From Macrostomum lignano (lineage: Eukaryota), in assembly GCA_002269645.1 (NCBI GenBank), contig NIVC01000404.1, positions 186,488-250,487 on the forward strand: a stretch of DNA of 64,000 nucleotides. The letters are read 5' to 3'. The notes beneath the pieces were generated by a model, which did not search any database, had not been told where the DNA came from, and was given only the letters and a program-made list of their open reading frames with translations. Below, in pieces: positions 38,694 through 60,275 of the stretch. A program made the translations under genes and the position numbers. The first letter of the stretch is position 1, and each line of letters opens with the position of its first letter.

Positions 38694-40229
38694 GACTTGT
38701 TATTATTGCAAATAAAAACCAATAGTTGACTTGAGAAATAGGAGGGAATGTTAGGCTTGAAAAAAGATGGAAACTTAGATAAAAATACTAATTAGACTAG
38801 ACTAGAAAATATTTATTGGAATTGGACTCAAAGATAGTGCAGGGTGAAGTTAAAATTGTATGCAATGAAGTAGAGGCAACAGGAAAAGTCCGGTTGACAC
38901 ATTTGTACTTTTAAAGGCTGGTTCAGTTGTGGCATGCATAAAATGGAAGCTTTATAATAGTTTTAACCTTGACATGGTAGCATTTTTAAATATTTAATAA
39001 CAAAACTATTGGGTTTCTATGGCAAAATTGAAATATATATTCACAAATTTGTTTTTCAATTCAGATACCAACTTTTAAGCATTAGAATTTCAGTGCCATT
39101 TTAAACAAATCGAAGATGTCAAATAAAATACTGTTGCCAACTAGCATTAGTCAAAAAGTAAAAATTAAACAATATACCAACATCTTTTCAGTAGATACTC
39201 CATCTAATAAGCTTAAGTTTATGTAATAATTGTCCCTAATTATCCTCTTGCTTGTTTTCTCCTATCCCAGGTCCAATTTTTTGTCACTTTTTTATCCAAA
39301 TCCAGCTTCCTAATATCACTGTGAGCAGAATGACATATCTATATATAAATATAAAAATATATATATAAATATATAAAAAAATTAATAAAATATAATAGTG
39401 CTTCATAACTTTGTGTAACTATAAGTTGTAAAGGAGAAATAGACAAGACTTATTTCGTTATAATATACATGTAAATTTCAAATGTAACAATGTAAAAAAA
39501 ATCCATCATTGTCATTAATAAAAAAGGTAAAGTAACATAATTGTGAAATTTTGGTATATATGATAATCACATTTCTAATTTTTGGTATACTTAGTAGACT
39601 ATACCTAAAATTTACCTAAAAAAACTTTGGCATATACTAGACACCAGAAATCCTCTAGTTTTGCATGTTTAATTATTTTTCAAAAAATATTGACTTTGTT
39701 AGTTACCGCAAATAAATATTTAAACTTGTGCAAGTATAAGATGTGGCAGTAATGTGGCAGACATCGATTTTATGTCTATGATCACTAGTTTGAGATAGCT
39801 AAAGGCATGCTTGGGTGCAACCTAAGAATTCACCCAGCCATTTCTATTGGCAACACACACATGTAAGTTGCTTTTGGATAGAATAGTAGTCACGTGACTG
39901 CTTTCAGCCAATAGCATTAACAATTTACATGTGTTGCCAATAGAAATGGCCAAATGATTCTCAAGGTTATGCATATATGGCTAAAGGCTGTCTATGGCCT
40001 TTAGTAAATGTCTAAGGCAAAACCCTGCAATAGCTCCCTGTTTTTTAAAAGGGACTAAGCTAGGAAAGACTGGGATTCTGAGAGATTTCTTGCCTTGCTT
40101 TTTTCTTATATCTTAGGCAACACAACAAAGCATAATTCTAATTGTGGATGTTCAACCTGCAGTAGATCTATGTAACTTCAACCCTATGATATGTGAGCTT
40201 ACTATAATAAAAGCTATCAATGAAGCAAT

Positions 40230-40830
40230 GGTCCATTGGCTGGCCATGTACCACTTGCTGGTCAATCAATGTTAATGTGGCACTTGTCCTAGGCAGCCAG
40301 CTATGCATTTGCAGAAATGGCAAGGTGGACACTTTGTCAATGACTGCTGCTAAGCATGTCCACAATGTTGGACTCAGGCCTCAATCCAAAAGGGCTCCTT
40401 TTTTGAGGCTAGCCATCTACCCTTGACCCAGATAATTGACATAATGTACTGGTGGGCAGTGCAGGCCAAGCAGGAAGATGCCCGACAACAGTGTAGAAAC
40501 ATTGCCATCTAGACCATTGTGGATAGGCAAAACTTTATCTGCAACATCAGTAGCCAATACTTGCAAGACTATCCACTGCAGCTGGGAAGACCTGGTGTCA
40601 ATGTTGAAATCGACAAAAGCTATTTCTTTCACTGTAAATACCATCAAGGCCAGTATCAGCCAGGCCAATAGGTTTTAAATATGGTTGAATAAGGCTTGAA
40701 CCATTGCATAGTGGCCATACTAGATTGCAGTGCAGCCAGTATCCTGCCCCTAGTGCAACAGTATGTATTGCCATGCATGACACATTTAAGTCCCTATTTG
40801 ATAACCCACCTAGATGGTACTGTAGATTCT
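40230..40830 (+). pseudogene. Degenerate Merlin (IS1016/IS1595-like) DDE transposase
   Basis: One frame from 40381 reads SIQKGSFFEASHLPLTQIIDIMYWW...TIVDRQNF...LGRPGVNVEIDKSYFFHCKYHQG...Q*VLNMVE*G...LDCSAASILPLVQQYVLP. This matches the Merlin pattern GGPG.VEIDES..K.KY.RG..WVFG.VER...DR.A.TLLP.I (recalled consensus). Three in-frame stops; no TIR found. Confidence 0.8.
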
Positions 40831-43800
40831 ATGGTACCATTGCTACCTGCGCAACATCTTCAACAATATATGTTTCCCATAGTCAGGAAGGAGGCAAGTA
40901 CATGCCAATTTTTCCCCTAACTTCTATGTGTATGCTAAGTGTATGCCAAAATTTGAGCCTGCAAGTTTTTATATGCCAAAAAATGAGTGTCTTAAACATA
41001 TATACTGTTATTCTCTAGATAAGCCACTTTTTATTAAAACAATGTTAAAATTTGGAACCAAAAAAGCAAGAAAAATATATTTAAGCTGTCAAGCTGACCA
41101 CAGTTGCTTAAAGTTTAAGTTTAGTAGCTGAGAGACATAGACATTATTTTTTGTTTTATTTATATAAATTGTACAATAAAAAATCTGGGGTGGGAAAAGT
41201 TCTAACATTCAAAGGTTTATCACGCTGTATTAATTATATTACATTAAATTCAAATGAATTATTTTCTTTATTTGTAAACTCGAGGAGTTGTAATTTATAA
41301 TGGTCAAGTTCATACATGTGCAACTGCTGGCCAACCTGGCTGATCAGGCCACCATAAATTGTGGTGGACCAGGAGTAAGTTGCAAAAATGCCTATCCCAA
41401 AGAATACAGACGTAGTGCTAATTAGATATTGAGGCATTTAGCCCTTATAAGAGAGTCAAAGTTACTCCTGCTGTTTACCCAAAATTGTGTTATGTTGCTC
41501 TAGGGTTTCTTTCATAGGTAAGTTGCATTTTTGGTCAAAAAGTAAGTTGCATGGCCAGTGTAAATCAGGGGGGTTGCACATGTATGGTCAAGTTAGGATA
41601 GTGAAACCTAGTTATATCATTGATGCCAAATGCCAAAATTGGGTACAAGGTATGCCCCATAGTCAGGAAGGTGGCTTTTTTTCTCAAAAATTCCAGCGTG
41701 CATTGGCATAGTCAAAGATATTTGGCGTACATTTGGCATACATGGCATACCACGGTTTAGAAAAAGTATCCCATGGCATGCAATGGCGTGCACGACACAC
41801 AATTATATGCCACGCCACGGCGCGGTATTGTGGGTGGGGCCCTGCCCTGCCCACCCACAATATCCCAAATCCTGATGCATAAAATTTATTTTTAAAAAAC
41901 TGTTTTTTTAAAACTGAAAAGGAAAGAAAAAATGTTTTTTCTGGTGCTAATTTTCTTTTGTTAAAGTCATTGAAATTTCAAGACAAAAGAAAACTTTGTT
42001 AAAGTTTGACTTTTATATTATTTTAAACTTCCATTATTATTTAAAAGATTATTATCGAAACTTCTGTTCATATGCACTACTACCCCCTACCCCCCAGTCT
42101 GTCGGCATACCACTTACCTACTGGATTCTGATCTCAGCATACACGGCGTACCACTTTTTTACCAACTTTTTATTCCGGCGTACCCGTGCCTATGGGCCAT
42201 ACATTACTAGGCCGATGATATTTAGTGCAACCAAAAATAATATAACAGTCTTTAACTTTGTTTTGCATTGTTAAAACTTCATTCAAAATTTGTTAAATTT
42301 GAAAAATAATTAAATGTACAAAAGTAGAGGATTGCCTAGACACCTTCCTGATAGTGGCAAATTTATAACAATGTTTAGTTTAGGCCTATATAATGATTAT
42401 ATTAAATTCAAAAAAGTATTTTATAGCAATAATAAATCTATAAATATAAACATATAAATATATAAATATCTATAAATATACTAGACATATATGCATTTTA
42501 CATTATTATGAGAATCATGAGATCATATTATATAATTTATAGGCTTATTAGGCCTAAAAATAGGCCCCATATCAATGGCTATCATCATGGCATGTTTTAA
42601 CTTTTAAGCAATCAAATAGTTCAAATTCATTTCTATAGTCATTAGGAATTATATAGGACTCCTAGCATCATTAGAAGTGTCTCATGTATTTTAGCGATTG
42701 GTATTAAGTTTTAAAGGTAAAACCCTGGCGAAACCGAAGCCGAAGTTATGCCTGATTTCAAAATCAATAGAATCTAGTAGAAGTAGGTGATCCAACTTTT
42801 TCTACTTAGCATACTGACATTATGAATTAAATATATAATTTACTGGGCTTTGCAACAGTCAAGAAAATGCATATATGCATATATGTAAATTAAAACTGAC
42901 ATATACCCTCACGGTTTGGGTTTGGTTTGGTAACGATTTGTAACGCATTCGATTTCTTCGATGTTATGCAATCTGAAAGGGTGCGCTTATTGGTTTAGAT
43001 TAAAACAAGCTATTAATTTGAAGGTAAAAAATATACAACTTAATTTTACAAATAGACTTAAGAAGGTTAAATATTTTTATATTATTTATCTTGCAAATTT
43101 TGATAGCTAACACACTACGTTCGTATACCCATTACACTCATGTAAAGCACGGTGCAATCCGTGTTATTGTGATATACGCGATGCTACAGAATATAAAGTA
43201 GTATTTCAATATTTCTTTGGTTAGGGTAGAATTTTTATAGTTTATTGACTGTGTATCAAAATTTGTAACAGAATGACGAAATGATTGAATAAAACCAAAT
43301 GAATGATTCGAGCTGTGCCTTTTTAGAGTTTTACTAGGACTTGTACGATTGTACCAATGATTATAAAATTACCAAATTATCTTAACTTTATAAACAGAAA
43401 AGCGCTATGAATAAGAGCTACATGTATAGAAGAAGGCAAGACATATCTAGAAGATGAACATTGGGTCTGCAGCTCCCACCAAAACATGATAACAATTTTG
43501 AACTAAAAATGAAAACTCCCTATCTCCGTAAGTATTTTTGATAAAGCCTACCACCTAAAATTTCATAGAAACATAGTTTCCCGTCAATAGCTTCCCCTGA
43601 TTCTTTCCTATCCTCTGATCCCTTCCCATCCTTCAGATTTCTCTCACTATATAGGATCCCTCTTCTGGTACGCTCGTAGTTGCGTCTTAGACTTTGCTCA
43701 CATATATATATACATGTGCATGATAACATGAGCAAAGTACATGTAAAGTTGACAATGATACTACATGTACATGTACTAGACATGCAGTAACACCTGCACT

Positions 43801-45334
43801 CCAAGAGCTACTATAGACATGCAGCTAAGGATATTAAAACCACATTTCAAACTGCACATCATTATTCATTCAAGTAGTTCCATTTTGCACTGCAATCGTT
43901 ATTAATTCATTTCAAATTTGAATGATTTCGAGAGAACAGAAAAATTGCCAATCTTTATTGTCAACCGCAGCTAATGTACCGCGAGCTGTTTTATCAAGCA
44001 GCTGTGCTTTGATTGATGAAAATGCCAACTGAAGACGGCATTTGAAGTTATTACATTTTAATTAAATTCTGTATTCGAATCTTACAGAAGAGAATGCATG
44101 GGTGAATGCATGAATGCATGAACTAGCTGCATGGGTGACTTTTTACATGTACATGTAGAGAAAAGATTTGAAGTTATTTATGCTTGTAGATGCTTATATA
44201 GCTAGTTATATATAGGTTCGACCAGTGCTGCATGACCACACATGCAGGCTTGAAATAAGCTCTGAGATTGAGAGGCAATTAAGCTCGAGTGGCGCGCGCG
44301 CGCTCACATGTGATGGAAAGAAGAGATGTGAGTCATCCTGGTTCTTCGGAAAGTTGAGCAAGAATTAAGGGATCTGTACGTGCGTCACCTCTGCATTGCT
44401 CTGATTTACAGCTGCGCATGACTGGAGTGTACAGCTGCTCCATTTCAGCCTTAATTTAGCATGAAAAGGGGCTATAATATATTGCCTATGACGCGCGCTT
44501 GAGAAGTTTTTTTGGCTTGATCAATTAGCTAATATATTAATTGGGGCAAGAAGGCTGAATGGACACTAGCGGGCACGCTTTGATCAATTCGGAGCTATAT
44601 AAATGGGTAAAGGCGATTAGGGATATTCGGATATCTGGATAGCTAGGAGGATCATCATAACTACAGGTAAAGTCGAATTAGAAAAGTCAGTTCGGGAAAA
44701 TATAGAGAAAAATGGAGTGACTGAGTGACGGAGTACGTGAGTGAGTGAGTGAGTGACTGCGTGAGTTAATGAGCGTGTTAACGAGTTCATAAATGCAGAA
44801 TGAGTCACTTGAGTCAGTCAGCTGTCAATTCATGAGTAAATTCAAGCCAGATCTCATGAGTCATAGTTGATGAGGCCGATTCATGATGCGGCGTTTTCTC
44901 CTGAGATCAGACATGGCTAAACCGCTCGTATAAATAATTTTACCAAGCATCCTTCAGTATTTATTATTCGACCAACGAACGTACACAACTAACAATATAA
45001 TCTCATAATCCTTCTTGGGTGTACAGGCACGCATCAAACGGTTGAGTATACTATATACTAGCCCAGAAGGCACGATCCGAAATGCCACTCATGTGGAGGA
45101 GAGATATGATGGTGCAGGTTCCGGGGCTGCAGCATCTCTGCTGTTGGCTTGATTAAGTTACACTTCACTGTGGAAACTCCTGCGTACAAAAATAGCTCTG
45201 AATTCGTCAGATAATGAATCCAAATGACATTTTGATAGATGCAAGCATGAATTAATGTTGCACTGGCGAAAGTTGTAAATGGCTTGAAACCCATCCTATC
45301 CCATCTCATCTCTATCATCTCCATGAGGTGGAAG

Positions 45335-45777
45335 GCGCCAGCACCAGAGGCGCCAGCACCAGAGGCGCCAGCACCAGAGGCGCCAGCACCAGAGGCGCCA
45401 GCACCAGAGGCGCCAGCACCAGAGGCGCCAGCACCAGAGGCGCCAGCACCAGAGGCGCCAGCACCAGAGGCGCCAGCACCAGAGGCGCCAGCACCAGAGG
45501 CGCCAGCACCAGAGGCGCCAGCACCAGAGGCGCCAGCACCAGAGGCGCCAGCACCAGAGGCGCCAGCACCAGAGGCGCCAGCACCAGAGGCGCCAGCACC
45601 AGAGGCGCCAGCACCAGAGGCGCCAGCACCAGAGGCGCCAGCACCAGAGGCGCCAGCACCAGAGGCGCCAGCACCAGAGGCGCCAGCACCAGAGGCGCCA
45701 GCACCAGAGGCGCCAGCACCAGAGGCGCCAGCACCAGAGGCGCCAGCACCAGAGGCGCCAGCACCAGAGGCGCCAGA
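45335..45777. repeat. 15-bp GC-rich perfect minisatellite (GCGCCAGCACCAGAG)n
   Basis: About 29.5 identical copies; stop-free in several frames. Confidence 0.97.
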
Positions 45778-46424
45778 AGTCGGAGTTCTCAAGAAAATTT
45801 TTACAACCAGAAAGTCTTGCATGTAGTTCTGATTTAAAGGGGTAAATAACATTCAATAATTGTGTAGCTAACAACTTTCCATCAGTACAGAACAATATCC
45901 ATTATTATATTTTTTACATCGCTACTATGTAAGGTAGCAATTTCTAAACGAAGTGCCTCGCTTTGCTTTTACATGTACATTCCTGCATTAGAAGTCCCTG
46001 AGACTCCCTGGGAGAATTTCTACAGTATGCCAGTAGCTATAGTAGCAGTTAATAGCGCTTAGCAAAAGCAGCACACATGCACACAATGGCATGTTGATAA
46101 AGGTACAACAATAAAATCGCTTAACAAGAGCAACAGTGACGGCAAAACAGAGAGAGGAAAGACAGACAGAGAGAGAGAGGGACGAATGGAAAGCAGCTCA
46201 AACCAAGGAGATCTTAAATAAATAGAAGTCTGGATTGTCAACGCAAAAGGTTTACTAGCTCAATATTATTGGATTTGATTCAGCCTAGCTTTTATTAACT
46301 TTGAATTCCACTGACTCTTTTTATGCTGAGTAAACTCACCATGGACTCATTGGATAAATTTGTGATTGGTAGTCTTGATATCAAAATAAAACTAAAAGTC
46401 TAAAAATTTTGATACTTTCACCCA

Positions 46425-47395
46425 TTCACCGATTTCTCACTGATTCACTGAGTTCTCACTGATTCACTGAGTTCTCACTGATTCACTGAGTTCTCACCGA
46501 TTCACTGAGTTCTCACTGATTCACTGAGTTCTCACTGATTCACTGAGTTCTCACTGATTCACTGAGTTCTCACCGATTCACTGGTTGATCACTGATTCAC
46601 TGATTTCTCACCGATTCACTGATTTCTGACTGATTCACTGAAATCTCACTGATGCACTGATTTCTCACTGATTTCTCACCGATTCACTTTGATCATAGAT
46701 TCACTGGTTTCTCACCGATTCACTGAGTTCTCATCGATTCACTGATTTCTCACTGATTTCTCACTGATTTCTCACCGATTCACTTTGATCATAGATTCAC
46801 TGGTTTCTCACCGATTCACTGAGTTCTCATCGATTCACTGATTTCTCACTGATTTCTCACTGATTTCTCACCGATTCACTTTGATCATAGATTCACTGGT
46901 TTCTCACCGATTCACTGAGTTCTCATCGATTCACTGATTTCTCACTGATTTCTCACTGATTTCTCACCGATTCACTGATTTCTCACTGATTTCTCACTGA
47001 TTTCTCACCGATTCACTGATTTCTCACTGATTTCTCACTGATTTCTCACTGATTTCTCACTGATTTCTCACTGATTTCTCACCGATTCACTGAGTTCTCA
47101 CCGATTCACTGAGTTCTCACTGACTCACTGAGTTCTCACCGATTCACTGAGTTCTCACCGTTTCACTGAGTTCTCACCGATTCACTGAGTTCTCACCGAT
47201 TCACTGAGTTCTCACCGATTCACTGAGTTCTCACCGATTCACTGAGTTCTCACCGATTCACTGAGTTCTCACCGATTCACTGGTTTCTCGCCGATTCACT
47301 GGTTGATCACTGATTTACTGAGTTGTCACAGATTCACCGATTTCTCATTGATTCACAGATTTCTCATTGATTCACTGATTTCTCATTTATTCACC
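46425..47395. repeat. 19-bp minisatellite (TTCACTGA[G/T]TTCTCACCGA)n
   Basis: Direct copies. Confidence 0.92.
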
Positions 47396-48082
47396 AACTG
47401 CTCACCCTATACTTACATGTAATACTATTTTTCCAATAAACAACCAAAAAACATTTCAACCAATCTCACAATTCACCAAGTATGTCCCAATTGACCAACT
47501 ATACAATTAACAATGGTTTTTCTGTACGAACAAACAAAATTTTGTGTCGGGGGGGGCTTTTGCTGGGTGTGGGGAATTAAAAGACAGACCTGCTATAACT
47601 AGACATTTATAAAAAGGTTGGCCTTGGCCATACCAATGAATGATTGGTACTCGTATTGGTAGCGACCGCTCGCTGTATAAAAATAATCGATATTTATAAT
47701 TTCTATACGTAGAAGAGCTACGGTTTATCGACCAATGGGACGCCCTCCCACCCCAACTACCCCGATTGAAAGACGCGTATTAACTCCTGCTCTAGGAGGG
47801 GGAGAGAGAAAACTGCCTTGGAGTCGAAAATTCAACCCAATTCCAGACACGTTCCTTAGTGAAATACTCGCAGTGAGCACTAGCTGTGTTGGTTGAAACT
47901 CTATATATTTCCAAACTTCAATTCGAAAAATTAATCCCAATTCGGGAATTTCTTGAAGAGAAAAATCCCCATAGGGATATATATCTAGGCATCGAGACAG
48001 GCTTCACAGAATCCAAAGCTTTTCGAGGCTTAACTTTCTAAGAAAACCTGCGTATTATAAAAGTGAACGAAGCGAATTCGTC

Positions 48083-57776
<9,694 letters not shown>

Positions 57777-59654
57777 TTGGATCGTAGCTGAAGACTCTTG
57801 GTAATGTTTGTGATCAAAAAGTAAAGGAACAAAAATATTGTTTGTCAGAATGAGTCTGCAGTTCGATTTTTAGTCTTCGTTGCAAAGTAATAAATTCTTC
57901 TAACCGCTTCGCCTATGTTATATATAGCTACACTTAAATTTTCGAACATGAAAGCTTTTATCTGCAAAGTTCCATTACAAAGGACAGAGGGCATCCACTG
58001 CTACGGTAATACGCCTGTTTACACCGCAAACAGCAATTCCATTTAAGTTGAGCCTAGTTGACAAAAGTTTAATCCTCTTTCCTCAAATCAAATCACACAG
58101 ATCCGTTATCATGATCTTTTTTGTAAACTAGACCGTACTGTATAAAAGTAACAATAAATATCATTAATTTCTCCGGTGTTGGTAAACCTTCCGCTTTATA
58201 GGCATAAACGAAAACAAAATACTTCACCTATTAGATAATTGTCTAGACAGTATATCAGCTTTTATTGGCGTCGTGCTTTTGAGCAGCTTTATTTGTTTTT
58301 AACTCGCTCACATTTCATACTTCAGCTTCCAGTTTAATTTGTTTTATTTAGTGTTTTTTTGTTATAAACGGTTCGAATTATCGGCGTTTCGATTTTTAAA
58401 GCTTTTCTAATTTTAACTTTTTCTGCTGATTTGCTTTGGCAATAGCTAATATACATTTTTAAATGCAATTTTTATTTGAATTCTATTCAAGGCTGGTTGT
58501 TCACTACCTACTGAATCACTGCATAAGTATAAATAATTCTGCTTCCTACTCCTTCCAAACAAACAAAATATATAAATTTATTGTTTGTTTGTTTGTTTGT
58601 TTGTTTGTTAAAACAAAACAAATTGTTTGTTAAATTATATCTGCTGAACAATTAGTAAACTTTTATGATATTTTTAAATGCTGCTATTTATTTGCTAATT
58701 TTTATAGTGTTGTAGGCTGTACTACTGTAACGTATTTCTTAGCCAGTTTTTGATTAAATTTTCTCTAAGCGCTGCGCTGTAGCTTTAATTAACCGCCTTT
58801 TTTGTTTCAAACTTTTCACTCGATGTTAAAGTTTATTATGGCGAACATTCTATTAATACGCTTTGCTGTTCAAACTTTAATAAATTGGCGTGAAAAAAAC
58901 AAAATTATATATTTTATTAAATATCGCTTCTGGGTTTCCAAAATTTACAACTTAGTTTTAAAAGCAAAAACAAACAAACAAAGGAGCTTCGTTCTACATT
59001 ACTGAAAGTAGATAAGCGCATGCAAATTATGCTGCTCACCCTTTTAGGACATTAGGACAGACGCTCTCTTAATATTTAATGTTGCGAAAAAAAACAAAAA
59101 TAGCTATTTATAGCTATAAATCGAGCTTAAATGAGCGGAAAACGTGCTCTCGGCTGAATGTCCGTCGTACAGTTATAATAAATTCAACTATTGAATTTAT
59201 TAATTAGTTTATTAATAATTTATTAATTACTAGTAGTAAATGCTACTTGCTGGAAATTAGCATTCGAATTCTATGATTCCAAAATCCGATTTGAGAACAA
59301 TAATCAGAACTGAAGCAGTCTATAGCTAATATCTGAATCTATAACAGTCTACATGTACGCTCGCAGATTGAGTGTAGTTAACATGTAGAATAGTAAGAAT
59401 TACCACATAGAAATAATAAATTTCGAAGATCTACATGTACTGTAACTGCAAAAATTAAAAAAAGTAGATGTACTTTAGTTAACAAAAGATTATAACAATA
59501 ATATCTTTATTGTTACGTTAAAAATATCGTCGAAACAAACATATCGATCACTTTCATAAGCTTCACATCTCGTCAAAATCGTCGAAGTCGTTTGAGTTGT
59601 GAGATACTGGACAAGTAAGACACTAGATCTTTGACAATGTGAAACTTCGCACTT

Positions 59655-59945
59655 GGCGCCCCTTGGTGCTATAAAGCCCCTTGGTGCTAAAGCCCCTTGG
59701 TGCTAAAAAGCCCCTTGGTGCTAAAGCCCTTGGTGCTAAAGCCCCTTGGTGCTAAAGCCCCTTGGTGCTAAAGCCCTTGGTGCTAAAGCCCCTTGGTGCT
59801 AAAGCCCTTGGTGCTAAAGCCCTTGGTGCTAAAGCCCCTTGGTGCTAAAGCCCCTTGGTGCTAAAGCCCCTTGGTGCTAAAGCCCTTGGTGCTAAAGCCC
59901 CTTGGTGCTAAAGCCCCTTGGTGCTAAAGCCCATTGGTGCTAAAG
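59655..59945. repeat. 16-17-bp minisatellite (AAGCCCCTTGGTGCTA)n
   Basis: About 17 copies. Confidence 0.95.
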
Positions 59946-60000
59946 CAATAAAGAAACTTGGCAACGCCCCTGAACAAATCTGTCAGTTATATAGATTACA

Positions 60001-60275
60001 AAATAAATTAAGACTGCAAAATAAATTAAGACTGCAAAATAAATTAAGACTGCAAAATAAATTAAGACTGCAAAATAAATTAAGACTGCAAAATAAATTA
60101 AGACTGCAAAATAAATTAAGACTGCAAAATAAATTAAGACTGCAAAATAAATTAAGACTGCAAAATAAATTAAGACTGCAAAATAAATTAAGACTGCAAA
60201 ATAAATTAAGACTGCAAAATAAATTAAGATCAATCATAAGGTCTTAATTGATTTTGCAGTCTTAATTTATTTTGC
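60001..60275. repeat. 18-bp array (AAAATAAATTAAGACTGC)n of about 12.7 copies followed by about 2 inverted copies
   Basis: Lies inside the LINE TSDs; the orientation flips at about 60230-60241. Confidence 0.9.

Noticed and set aside
43520-43804. 94-aa minus-strand ORF
   Set aside because: No recognisable motif or splice chain
47733-47872. ORF MGRPPTPTT...SEILA ending at a GTGAGC donor as first exon of the repeat-protein gene
   Set aside because: Its phase-0 donor does not match the downstream acceptors found; it may be a UTR or alternative exon but is unsupported
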